From contig NC_086097.1 of NCBI RefSeq assembly GCF_963921235.1, positions 197,224,001-197,288,000 on the forward strand: a stretch of 64,000 nucleotides of DNA, in the 5' to 3' direction. The notes beneath the pieces were generated by a model. It was not told where the DNA came from. It was given only the letters and a program-made list of their open reading frames with translations, and did no database searches. Positions 1 through 12,480 of this stretch are shown here, in pieces. Made by a program: the position numbers and the translations under genes. Positions within the stretch are counted from its first letter, which is position 1; every line of letters starts with the position of its first letter. Source of the DNA: Mobula hypostoma. Lineage: Eukaryota.

Positions 1-200
1 TGTCTTTAGCCTCCCTGATCCTGGCTTTCAGGTCCTTCTGTATTGCCCTCAGCTCCTCCCTATTTCCATCTCTAAATGCCCTCTTTTTAGCATTCAGGAT
101 GTCCTTAATGTCCTTTGTCACCCATGGCTTGTTATTTGAATAACAAAGGACAGTTCTTGTCGGAACATTGCAGTCCACACAGAAGTTGATGTAATCAGTG
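1..200 (-). mobile_element. Rex1/Babar-like LINE ORF fragment
   Basis: Minus-strand translation resembles the TDYINFCVDCNVP...NNKPW segment upstream of the RT domain. Confidence 0.5.
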
Positions 201-237
201 AACACCAGAGGGAGATGATGGGCAGGTAAGGAGCAGT

Positions 238-2692
238 AACATGAAAGTGGATTGGGAAAACCAGGCCAGTACTGGACCTCAAGAGAGAATTTGTAAAATG
301 TTTAAATGATGGCTTTTTAGAACAACTTGTTGTTGAGCCTACTAGGGGATTGCTGTGCTGGATTGGGTGTTGTGTAATGATCCGGAGGTGATAAGACAGC
401 TTAAGGTTAAGAAACCCTTGGGGAAGAGTGATCACAATATGATCGAGTTCACTTTGAAATTTGAGGAGGAGAAATTAAATTCCAATGTGTTGGTATTTCA
501 GTGGAATAAAGGAAATTAAAATGGCGTGAGAGGGGAACTGGCTGAAGTTGCCTGGAAAGGGACACTGGCAGGAAGGACAGCAGAGCAGAAATGGCTGGAG
601 TTTCTGTGAACAATGAGGAAACTGCAAGAGAGATATATTCCAAATAAGAAATTTTTGAATGGAAGAAGGACACTACTGTGGCTGACAAGTGAAGTCGGAG
701 TCAAAGTAAAAGCAAAACAGAGGACATACAAGGAAGCCAAAGCTAATGGGAAGATAGAGGATTGGGAAGCTTTAAAAAAACTTACAGAAGGAAACTAAGA
801 AGGTCATTGGGAAGGAAAAGATGAATTATGAAAGGAAGTTGGCACCTAATATCAAAGAAGATACTAAAAGCTTTTTTAAGTATATAAAGGGTAAAAGAAA
901 GTCAAGGGTAGATATAGGACCAATAGAAAATGACGCTGGAGATATTGTAATGAGAGATGCAGAGATGGCAGAGGAACTGAATGTGCATTTTGCATCAGTC
1001 TTCACAGTGGAAGACATCTGCAGTATACTGGACATTCAGGAGTACGTGCAGTGAAATTACGACTGAGAAGGTGCTCAGGACGCTTAATGGTCTGAGGGTG
1101 GATAAATCTCTTGGATCTGATGGATTGCACCCTCATGTTCTGAAGGAAGTAGCTGGAGACATTGCGGAGGCATTAACAATGATCTTTCAAGAATTGATAG
1201 ATTCTGGCATTGTGTTGGATGACTGGAAAATTGCAAATGTTATTTTGCTATTTAAGAATAGTGGGAGGCAGCAGAAAGGAAACTATAGACCTGTTGCCTG
1301 ACATCAGTTGTTGGGAAGTTGTTGGAATCGATTGTTAGGGATGAGATTACGGTGTACCTGGAAGCACATGACAAGATAGACCAAAGCCAGCATGGTTTCC
1401 TGAAAGGAAAATCCTGCCTGACTAACCTCCTGCAATTTTTTTGAGGGAGTTACAAGTATGGTAGACAAAGGAGATGCAGCGGATGTGGTGTACTTGGATT
1501 TTTCGGAAGGCTTTTGACAGTTGCTGCACATGAGGTTGTTTTGGAAGATAAGAGCCCATGAGATTACGGGGAGGTTACTAGCATGGGTGGAGCATTGACT
1601 GGTCGGCAGAAAACAGCGGGGGAATAAAGGGATCCTATTCTGGCTGGCTGCCGGTTACCAGTGGAGTTCCACAGGGGTCGGTGTTGGAACTGTTGTTTTT
1701 TTATGATGTATGTCAATGATTTGGACTATGGTGTTAATGGATTTGTGGCTGAATTTGCTGATGTTACAAAGATAGGTGGAGGAGTGGGTAGTGTTGAGGA
1801 AACAGAAAGCCTGCAGAGAGACTTAAATAGTTCAGGGGAATGATCAAAGAAGTGGGAAATGAAATGCAATGTTGGAAAGTGTATGGTCATGCACTTTGGA
1901 AGAAATAAACAGGCATACTGTTATTTAGATGGGGAGAGAATTCAAAATGTAGAGATGCAAAGGGACTTGGGAGTCCTTGTGCAGGATATCCTAAAGGTTA
2001 ACCTTCAGGTTGAGTCCCTGGTGCAGAAGGTGAATGCAATGTTGACATTCATTTCTGGAGGTGTAGAATAAAAGAGCAGGGGTGTGATGTTGAGGCTGTA
2101 TAAGACACACGTGAGACCACACTTGTAATATTGTGTGCAGTATTGGACTCCTTATTTTAGGAAGGATATACTGACATTGGAGAGGGTTCAGAGAAGATTC
2201 ATGAGAATGATTCCAGGAATGAAAGGGTTACTGTATGAAAGGGTTCTGTATGAGGAATGTCTGGCAGCTTTTGGGCTGTATTCCCTGGAGTTCAGGAGAG
2301 TGAGGGGGGATCTCCTAGAAACATTCTGAATGTTAAAAGGTCTGACCAGATTAGATATAGCAAAGTTATTTCCCATAGTAGAGGAGTCTAGGACAAGACT
2401 GCATGACTTCAGGATTGAAGGACATCCATTTAGAACAGAGATGTGGAGAAATTACTTTAGTCAGAGGGTGGTAGATCTGTGGAATTTGTTACCATGAGCA
2501 GCTGTAGAGGCCAAGTTATTGGGTGCATTTCATGCAGAAATAGATAGGTTCTTGATTAGCCAGGGCATCAGAGGTTATGGGCAGAAGGTAGGGGAGTGGG
2601 GATGACTGGAAGAATTGGATCAGCCCATGATTGAATGGCAGAGCAGACTTGATGGGCTGAATGGCCTACTGCTCCTATATCTTAAGGTCTTA
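238..2692 (+). mobile_element. CR1 LINE, 5'-truncated and decayed (end of APE domain, RT, 3' UTR)
   Basis: ORF pieces KSFFKYIKGK, DWKIANV...GNYRPV, FADVTKIGG and LERVQRRF. CR1-type 3' end gggctgaatggcctactgctcct. Confidence 0.9.
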
Positions 2693-3027
2693 AATGTCAA
2701 GGATACATGGCCAAACACTCTTGTTGGAAATGGATATTGCCTTGCTCTTGTGTGAATATCACTTGACACATTAGAATGGTGTATCTGTCTTGCTGTACAA
2801 CATTGGGGCTTTATTTTATCATGAGGTGTGAATGGAATCATACTGGCATCAATTTTGTTTTGAGAAAGAGAATGGATAGACTTGTGGAGCATTACATCAT
2901 TTTGGGTAATAGAGCAAAGTTTTTGGCATTTTGATTTCTGCAGAGTTGGGTGATTTCCTTTTTATTGTGTTATGAGTCTCCTTTGGTTCTAAAACTACAA
3001 TGAGCTTAGTGGGTGAATTGGAACATT

Positions 3028-5256
3028 GAAGCAACACACATCAAAGTTGCTGGTGAACGCAGCTGGCCAGGCAGCATCTGTAGGAAGAGGTGCAGTCGAC
3101 GTTTCAGGCCAAGACCCTTAGTCAGGACTAACTGAAGGAAGAGTGAATAAGGGATTTGAAAGTTGGAGGGGGAGGGGGAGATCCAAAATGATAGGAGAAG
3201 ACAGGAGGGGGAGGGATAGAGCCAAGAGCTGGACAGGTGATAGGCAAAAGGGGATACGAGAGGATCATGGAACAGGAGGTCCGGGAAGAAAGACAAGGGG
3301 GGGGGGGACCCAGAGGATGAGCAAGAGGTATATTCAGAGGGACAGAGGGAGAAAAAGGAGAGTGAGAGAAAGAATGTGTGCATAAAAATAAGTAACAGAT
3401 GGGGTACGAGGGGGAGGTGGGGCCTTAGCGGAAGTTAGAGAAGTCGATGTTCATACCATCAGGTTGGAGGCTACCCAGACGGAATATAAGGTGTTGTTCC
3501 TCCAACCTGAGTGTGGCTTCATCTTTACAGTAGAGGAGGCCGTGGATAGACATGTCAGAATGGGAATGGGATGTGGAATTAAAATGTGTGGCCACTGGGA
3601 GATCCTGCTTTCTCTGGCGGACAGAGCGTAGATGTTCAGCAAAGCGGTCTCCCAGTCTGCGTCGGGTCTCGCCAATATATAAAAGGCCACATCGGGAGCA
3701 CCGGACGCAGTATATCACCCCAGTCGACTCACAGGTGAAGTGTTGCCTCACCTGGAAGGACTGTTTGGGGCCCTGAATGGTGGTAAGGGAGGAAGTGTAA
3801 GGGCATGTGTAGCACTTGTTCCACTTACACGGATAAGTGCCAGGAGGGAGATCAGTGGGGAGGGATGGGGGGGACGAATGGACAAGGGAGTTGCGTAGGG
3901 AGCGATCCCTGCGGAATACAGGGGGGGGGGAGGGAAAGATGTGCTTAGTGGTGGGATCCCGTTGGAGGTGGCGGAAGTTACGGAGAATAATATGTTGGAC
4001 CCGGAGGCTGGTGGGGTGGTAGGTGAGGACCAGGGGAACCCTATTCCTAGTGGGGTGGCGGGAGGATGGAGTGAGAGCAGATGTACGTGAAATGGGGGAG
4101 ATGCGTTTAAGAGCAGAGTTGATAGTGGAGGAAGGGAAGCCCCTTTCTTTAAAAAAGGAAAACATCTCCCTCGTCCTAGAATGAAAAGCCTCATCCTGAG
4201 AGCAGATGCGGCGGAGACGGAGGAATTGTGAGAAGGGGATGGCGTTTTTGCAAGAGACAGGGTGAGAAGAGGAATAGTCCAGATAGCTGTGAGAGTCAGT
4301 AGGCTTATAGTAGACATCAGTGGATAAGCTGTCTCCAGAGACAGAGACAGAAAGATCTAGAAAGGGGAGGGAGGTGTCGGAAATGGACCAGGTAAACTTG
4401 AGGGCAGGGTGAAAGTTGGAGGCAAAGTTAATAAAGTCAACAAGTTCTGCATGCGTGCAGGAAGCAGCGCCAATGCAGTCGTCGATGTAGCGAAGGAAAA
4501 GTGGGTGACAGATACCAGAATAGGCATGGAACATAGATTGTTCCACAAACCCAACAAAAAGGCAGGCATAGCTCGGACCCATATGGGTGCCCATAGCTAC
4601 ACCTTTAGTTTGGAGGAAGTGGGAGGAGCCGAAGGAGAAATTATTAAGAGTAAGGACTAATTCCGCTAGACGGAGCAGAGTGGTGGTAGAGGGGAACTGA
4701 TTAGGTCTGGAATCCAAAAAGAAGTGTAGAGCTTTGAGTAACTGATTAGGTCTGGAATCTTTGAGTTTTCTCAAAGCTCTACGCTTCTTTTTGGATTCCA
4801 GACCTAATCAGTTACTCAAAGCTCTATGCTTCTTTTTGGATTCCAGACCTAATCAGTTCCCCCCTTACCACCATTCAGGGCCCCAAACAGTCCTTCCAGG
4901 TGAGGCAACACTTCACCTATGAGTCGACTGGGGTGATATACTGCGTCCGGTGCTCCCGATGTGGCCTTTTCCCGGACCTCCTGTCCCATGATCCTCTCGT
5001 ATCTCCTTTTGCCTATCACCTGTCCAGCTCTTGGCTCTATCCCTCCCCCTCCTGTCTTCTCCTATCATTTTGGATCTCCCCCTCCCCCTCCAACTTTCAA
5101 ATCCCTTACTCACTCTTCCTTCAGTTAGTCCTGACTGAGGGTCTTGGCCTGAAACGTCGACTGCACCTCTTCCTACAGATGCTGCCTGGCCAGCTGCGTT
5201 CACCAGCAACTTTGATGTGTGTTGCTTGAATTTCCAGCATCTGCAGAATTCCTGTT
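3028..5256 (-). mobile_element. Penelope-like element (Neptune-type), 5'-truncated with inverted pLTR arm and 14-bp TSD
   Basis: ORF 3425..4774 has RT YIDD and GIY-YIG (GVIYCVRCSRCGLLYIGET). Terminal arms are inverted. TSD tgaattggaacatt at 3014-3027 and 5257-5270. Confidence 0.93.
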
Positions 5257-5835
5257 TGAATTGGAACATTAATCTCTTGCCTTAAATGTTTTGTTGATGG
5301 GGGTCTTTTGGCTATCAAAATTATCTAATAAGATGTTTAGTAACCACCTGATTGTAGTTTTGTGTTTGTCCGTGGGGTTTGGTTGATTTCCTGTAAATTT
5401 CAAAGTTTATATAGAAATTCATAGGATAAGTTTCATATTTCACATACTTACATAGGAAATTTATGGTCCAAATGCTTGCTTCTTTGGATGACAGAAACTC
5501 GTATGTATTTGCTAAAGAAGCATTACAAGGGTAGGCAAATTGATGGGGTCAGTGGCGCATCCCAAGTTTGTATTAAACTTTCTTTCAAAGAAAGAAAATA
5601 GTGAACCACTTGAGATCTGGAACATGCATATAACCCATCATTATGATGCTAATATCGTTTCATTTTTGTGTTAATATTTCCATCGTTTATTATTTCAAGC
5701 TTCAAGCATTCTTAGCTTTCACTTTTCTGTAAAATTGCTGCCTCCTAAAACAACGTTGAACAAGTTCCAATGAGTAATAAGGCTAGAATTACTAGTAATA
5801 AGGTTAGTAGTAAGTGGTAACCTTAGTAATAAGGT

Positions 5836-8625
5836 TAGTATCATAAACAAGATGAATGAACTTAGAGCGTGGATCAATACGTGAAACCATTATGATGTTG
5901 TGGCCATTACAGAGACTTAGATGTCTCAGGAGCAGGAATACCTGTTGAGTGCAGGGCTTTAGATGTTTCAAAAAGGACAGGGAGGGAGGCAGAAGAGGTG
6001 GGAACTGGTGTTGCTAATCAGGGATAGTATCCTGGCTGCAGAAAAGGAGGAAGTAATGGAGGGATTGTCTGCTGAGTCATTGTGGGTGGAAGCCAGAAAC
6101 AGGAAGGAGGCAAAGCTCTACTGGATGTTTTTTTTTTATATAGACCCCACTTCTCTCTCTTCCCCCCCCCCCACCCCAGTAGTAACAGAGACATCAAGGA
6201 GCAGATGGGGAGTCAAATTCTGGAACGGTACAATAGTGGTAGGGTTGTTGTAATGAGTGCTTTTAACTTTCCTAATTTTGACTAGCATCTCCTTAGAGCA
6301 AGGAGTTTAGAGGAGTGGAGTTTGGTAGGTATGTTCAGGAAGGTTTCCTGATGCAATATGTAGATAAGCCAACTGGAGGAGAGGCTGTACTTGATCTGGT
6401 ATTGGGAAATGAAGTTGGTCAGGTGTCAGATCCCTTGGTGGGAGAGCATTTTGGAGGTAGTGATCATTACTCTATCTCCTTTACCCTAGCACTGGAGAGG
6501 GATAAGAGCGGACAATTTGGGAAAACATTTAATTGGGGAAGGGGGAAATGTGCTAATAGGCAGGAACTTGGGAGCATAAATTGGGAGTAGATGTTCTCAG
6601 GGAACTGCATGGCAGAAATGTGGCAAATATTCAGAGAATATTTGCATGGTGTTCTGCATAGGTATATTCCATTGAGGCAGGGAAAGTATGGTAGGGTAAA
6701 AGAACCATGGTGTACAAAAGATGTAGTAAATCGTGTTAAGAAAAGCTTACGAAAGGTTCAAGAAATTAGATTCTGTTAGAGCACTAGAAAAATTACACGG
6801 GTGCCAGGAAAGAGCTTAAGAAAGAAATTAGGAGAGTTAGAAGAGGGCATGAGAAGGTCTTGGTGAGCAGGATTATGGAAACTCCAAGGCATTTTACAAG
6901 TATGTGAAGAGAAGAAAATGAGCTGTGTAAGAAAAGGGCCAATCAGGTGTGATAGTGGAAATGTGCATGAAGCCAGAGGAGGCAATGGAGCTACTTAATA
7001 CTTTGCTTCAGTATTCACCAGTGAAAAGACTTTGGCAATTGTGGGGATGATGCAGTGGACTGAAACGTTTGAGTGTGTAGACATTAAGAAAGGGGATGTG
7101 CTGGAACTTTTGAAAGGTATTAAGTAAGATAAGTCTTCAGGACCAGACGAGCTATACCCCAGGCTACTGTGGGAAGCGAGGGTGGAGATGACCATGCCTC
7201 TGGAGATGATCTTTGTATCATCATTAGGGATGGGAGAAGTACTGGAGGATTGGAGGGTTGCAAATGTTCCCTTGTTCAAGGAAGGGAGTAGAGATAACCC
7301 AGGAAATTATAGGCCAGTGAATCTTACTTCAGTGGTGGGCAAGATGTTGAAGATCCTGAGAGGCAGGATTTCTGAGCATTTGGAGAGACATAATCTGATA
7401 AGGGACAGTCAGCATGGCTTTATCAAGGGCAGGTCGTGCCTTATGAGCCTGATTTGAATTCTTTGAGGATGTATTGAAACACATTGATGAAGGTAGAGCA
7501 GTTGATGTAGTGTATATGGATTCAATAAAGGTATTTGATAAGGTTCTCCATGCAAGGCTCTTTCAGAAAATAAGGAGGCATGGGATCCAAGGAGATCTTG
7601 CTTTGTGGATCCAGAATTGGCTTTCCCACAGAAGACAGATTGGTTGGAGACAGGTCATATTCTGCATGGAGGTCGGTGACCAGTGGTGATCTGTTCTGGG
7701 ACCCCTTCTCGTGATTTTTATAAATGACCTGGATGATGAAATGGAGGGATGGGTTAGTAAATTTGCTGATGACACAAATGTTGGGGGTGTTGTGGAGGGC
7801 TGTCAGAGGTTACAGTGGGACATTGATAGGATGCAGAACTGGGCTGAGAAGTGACAGATGGAGTTCAACCCAGTTAAGTGTGAAGTGGTTCATTTTGGTT
7901 GGTCAAATATGATGGCAGAATATAGTATTAATGGTAAGACTCTTGGCAGTTTGGAGGATCAGAGGGATCTTGGGGTCCAAGTGCATAGGATACTCAAAGC
8001 TGCTGCGCAGGTTGACTCTGTGGTTAAGAAGGCATACGGTGTATTGGTCTTCATCAACCGTGGGATTGAGTTCAAGAGCCGAGAGGTAATGTTATGGCTG
8101 TATAGGACCCTGGGCAGACCCCACTTGGAGTACTGTGCTCAGTTCTGGTCACCTCACTACGGGAAGGATGTGGATACAATAGAGAGAGCGCAGAGGAGAT
8201 TTACAAGGCTGTTGCCTGGATTGGAGCGTGTGCCTTATGAGAAAAGGTTGAATAAACTTGGCTTTTTCTCCTTGGAGCGACGGAGGATGAGAGGTGACCT
8301 GATAGAGGTGTCTAAGATAATGGGCATAGGTCGTGTGGATAGCCAGAGGCTTTTTCCCAAGGCTGAAATGGCTAATATGAGGGGGCATAGTTTTGAGGTG
8401 CTTGGAAGTAGGTACAAGGGGGATGTCAGAAAGTTTTTCAGTGGTGGGTGTGTGGAATGTACCGCCAGCAGCGGTGGTCGAGGTGGATACAATGAGGTCT
8501 TTTAAGAGTCTCTTAAATAGTTACATGGAGCTGAGGAAAATAGAAGGCAGTTTCTAGAGTAGGTTACATAGTTGACAGAGCATTGTGGGCTGAAGGGCCT
8601 ATAATGTTGTAGATTTCTTTGTTCA
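5836..8625 (+). mobile_element. CR1 LINE, decayed ORF2 (APE + RT)
   Basis: Motifs LDLVLGNE, GNYRPVNLTSVVGK, SQHGF, RPHLEYCAQFWSP. Confidence 0.9.
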
Positions 8626-9173
8626 TTGTAATTGCAGCAAGACCCATTTGAAGTCAGTGGAGATTGTCATATTCTCAAGTATGTATATATGTGGACTTGT
8701 AGCATCACAGGCACGTAGCATCAGATATTGTGAACCCTTTTGTTTTCAGTGCCTTAATTTTAAAATTCTCACCCTTGTTTTCAAACAACCTCATGATCTC
8801 TTGCTTCCCTATTGCTATAATCTCCTTCAGCATTTTAATCTTCAGAAATACTTAGTTCTTACAATTTGATCCTCCTTAAGTATTCCCATCCACTTAGTTT
8901 CAACTGTCAGGGCTCAAGCTCGAGAATTCCTTCTCTAAATCTTTGTCTCTTGCTCCTCAGTATCTACTGTTTTGATCCAGAATTGTATCATTTTCCCCAA
9001 AACTCTTGTATATGTTTTATAATTAAATTTTGATTTTATTAAGGCATTGATAAAGCACAATGATGTTACATGCATAGTCGTTTGTTAAAATCCCTGACGT
9101 TGGATATAAATAGCAGGAAATACTGTGTTGAATATGCTGTGATTTTTAAACAGAAAATGTTATCTTTGTTCAG

Positions 9174-9302
9174 CTGCACTTGAGGGTTTGTGCTCATCTT
9201 CTGTTATCTACCATTATCCAAATGGTACTGGGTCAAAACCTGCTGTGCACAGAGCTCATAGTATGGGTTTACCATCAGATGCTGGTCGGCGACATCGTCA
9301 TG
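9174..9302 (+). CDS. TRAPPC9: TRAPPC9/NIBP coding exon (129 nt, phase 1-1): (A)[42 protein letters not shown](G)
   Basis: Acceptor tttgttcag|CT and donor G|gtaagt. The translation matches the recalled TRAPPC9 motif [16 protein letters not shown]...RHR. Confidence 0.95.
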
Positions 9303-9647
9303 GTAAGTGAACCAGACTTTTTATTTTCAACTTTGTGAATCTATTTGTTTCTATTTATTTTGTTTATGATAGAATGTTAGCAAATTTATTATTCATGAAC
9401 TTTGAATAGTTCTGATCTGTTCTATTTCTTTGCAATTAGTATTCATTTTTAATACTGTGTACGACTTTTAATATGTGAGCAAACTACCGGTGACTTTACT
9501 TTTGAATGTAATTTTGATTCCATATTACACCATTAGGTAAATAGTAATACTTTGTGTTATCAAAAATTTATTTAAATATATATTTGTATGTAAGTTGGAT
9601 CTATGGAAAAGGAAGCACATTGCTTAAAATGAGCACCACTTAAAATG

Positions 9648-9922
9648 AGCACCACAGTAGCATAGAGGTTAGCGTGAGGCTGTTTCAGCTTGCGATGTTG
9701 GAGTTTGGAGTTAAATCGTAGTGTCCTTTATAAGGAGTTTGTCTGTTTTCCCCATGTTTAGGTTTTCTCCAGGTGCTCTGGTTTCCTGTCAGTCCAAAGG
9801 TGTACCTGGTAGGTTAATTGGTCATGGTAAATTGTTTTGTCATTAGGTCAGCGTTAAATTGGGGTTCGCAGGGTTTCTCTGTAGCGATGCTTGAAGAGTC
9901 AAAAGATCCTTTTCTGCGCTAT
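9648..9922 (+). mobile_element. V-SINE (HE1-like), decayed
   Basis: tRNA-like head plus V-domain-like ggttttctccaggtgctctggtttcc...gtccaaag...aggttaattgg. Confidence 0.65.
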
Positions 9923-9959
9923 CTTTTTTAAAAAAAAAATCACATTTTGAGAATACATA

Positions 9960-11209
9960 CAGTTGCAAGAAAAAAAAATTATGAACCCTTTGCAGTTACC
10001 TGGTTTTCTACATTAGTTACTCATAAAATGGGATCTGATCTTCATCAAAGTCACATTAAAACAATCTGCCTAAATTCATAACACACAAGTAATTATACTT
10101 TTCATGCTTTTATTGAATATGTTGTTTAATCATTCACAGTCCAGCCTGGAAAAAGTATGTGAACTCTTGTATTTAATAATTGGTAGAACCTCCTTTAGCA
10201 GCAGTAACCTTCACCAAACATTTCCTGTGGCTGCTGAACAGACTTGCATAATGGCGAGGAGGAATTTTAGATCATTCCTCTTTACAAAACTGTTTCAGTT
10301 CATCAATATTTCTAGGATACCTTGTATGAACAGCCCTTTTCAGGTCATGCCCACAGCATCTCAATTGGGTTAAGGTCTGAACTTGACCTTGCCAACACTT
10401 GAATTTTCTTTTTAAACCATTCTGTTGTTGATTTTTCTCTTGTTTCAGATCATTGTCTTGTTGCATCATCCAACTTCTATTAAGTGTCAGGTGACGGAGA
10501 GCTACCCTGACATTCTCCTGTAAAATGTCTTGATACAATTTTGAATTCGTTATTCCCTCAATGACTGTAAGCTGTCCAGGCCCTGAGGCAGTAAAGCAGC
10601 CCTTAAACCATGATGTTCCTTCCACAATGCTTCAAATTGGTTGGGGTTTTGGTGTTGTCTGTTGTGCCCTTTTTCCTCCAAACATAGCAGTGTTCAACTT
10701 TTATCTCATCTGGTCACAGAACACTGTCCCAGAAGTGTTGTGGAACATCCAGGTGGTCTTTTGTAAATTTGAGATGTGTAGCAATGATTTTTTTTTGGGA
10801 GAGTAGTGATTTCCTCTTTGGTGTCCTTCCATGAACACCATTCTTGTTCAGTGCTTGTAGTGGACACATGAACGGAGACTTCAGTGAGTTCTGGAGATTT
10901 CTGCAGGTCTTTTGCTGTTACCCTTGGGTTCCTTTTCACCTCCTTCAGTGTTCATTGATTGGAATACTTGACTCCAGATAGCTTTTGTAGAAGGCATTAC
11001 CCCCAGAGGTTCTCGGGCTTAGCTGAACCTAGACTGTGATTGTTTCAGTTGTGTACTCAGTATTGATGAGAAGTACCATTGTTTGTGTTATTAGTTTAGG
11101 CAGATTGTGTTTGTCCATTACTGTGACTTGAAGATCAGATCACATTTTATGGATAATTAATGCAGAAAACCAGGCAACTGCAAAGGGTTCACAAACTTTC
11201 TTGCGACTC
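9960..11209 (-). mobile_element. Tc1/mariner DNA transposon, internally deleted, long TIRs, TA TSD
   Basis: Ends TA|cagttgcaagaaa and tttcttgcgactc|TA, with inverted arms over 100 bp. Transposase pieces KRNPRVTAKDLQK and YQDILQEN...MQQDND. Confidence 0.88.
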
Positions 11210-11499
11210 TATTTACCAGGAAAACAATTTTACATTAATGGATTATGAATTCCAAGCTTAAAGCAGAAAATGGAATTTCTAATTTCAAGAAAACTTTAAA
11301 AAAAGTACAATAATAGAAGAGGTCGGGTAAACTTGTGAAACATCTGAGCTATTGTAATATGCGCTCTTGTGCAAACTCTATTCTGAGTTAGATCAGTCCA
11401 ATGGTGGTGGTTAAATCGCTAAAAGCAGATCAGTCCCTCCTACAATAGCAGCTTCCAATCAAGTTTTCTACTTGACAGCTATCAAACAAGTAACTGAAA

Positions 11500-12480
11500 T
11501 GTGTACTGTTGGATACCATAATCCTTTGTCATGATTAGACAATATTTTCAAATTAGGTAAAATAGCCACTTGGGTGAGAAACTGGAAGATTGGGGGTATC
11601 CATGGAAATGTAGTTCAAAGAAGGATCTCAACAGCATAAGGAAATATGAGCATTAAAAGTGATGAATTTTTAACCTTTTGCATTTGGGATGTTACCATAA
11701 GTAGGTTGTGCAATAATTTTTGTGTTGGCGAGCTATCACAAGATCATTTTCATTAAAAAGGATCCATAAAGTCAGTGGCACAGATAGAGAAGATGGTTGA
11801 GAAGGACATTTGAAGAAGGATCTCGACCTGGAATGTTGACTCTTTATTTCCCTGTATGATGCTGACTGGTGAACTGAGTTCCTCCAGCTGCTTGTTTTTT
11901 TAATTAACTCTTAAGTTTCAGCATTTGTAGTCTCTTGTCTCCAAGTTATTTGCCTTCACAGCCAGAGTGTATTTTATAAGACAATGCTGTAATTGTACTG
12001 CAATGCAAAGCATTAATTAGGCTGCCAGTGGAGTGTTGTATGCATTTCTGGTCATCCATGCCATAGAAAAAGTGCAGAGGTGTTTGTCCAGAATGTTGTT
12101 TGGGGATAGAGCATTTGACTGGGGTAAGATGATTTTGTTTTCTTTGGCGTTGAGAAGGTTAAAGTACACACAGCTGAGGGATGTAGCTAGGGTACATGGT
12201 CAGAAACTTTATCCCTTTGTGGAGGGATGAGTTTCATGGAAGTGATAGGAGATTTTGGGGAATTTGAAGATTTTTTTTTCTCTCCACCCAGAGAGTGTCT
12301 GGAACTTGGAATACACTGCCTAAAGTTTGGTGGAATCAGAGACTGTTGTAACATTCAGATCTATTTAGATGAGCACTTGAAAACCCATGGCATGGAAAGC
12401 TTTGGGCTGAGTGCTGGAAAATTATTATAGGTGACTACCCAATGTCTGGTATGCACATGGTAGGCTAAAGGACTGTGTCT
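11500..12480 (+). mobile_element. Old, heavily decayed CR1 fragment(s)
   Basis: Remnant IEKVQRCLSRML and a CR1-like 3' region. Confidence 0.5.
11808..11943 (+). mobile_element. Decayed Penelope-type pLTR/hammerhead tail
   Basis: tgaagaaggatctcgacctggaatgttgac...gatgctgactgg...gagttcctccagc is a diverged match to the pLTR seen elsewhere in the window. Confidence 0.6.

Noticed and set aside
3425..4774. 449-aa ORF as a host gene
   Set aside because: It is the RT/GIY-YIG of a truncated Penelope element. Its N-terminus comes from the rearranged junction.
5121..5163. Active hammerheads in the arms of the first PLE (also 3093-3134 on the minus strand)
   Set aside because: The cores read CTGACTGA and CTGACTAA instead of CUGANGA, so activity is doubtful.
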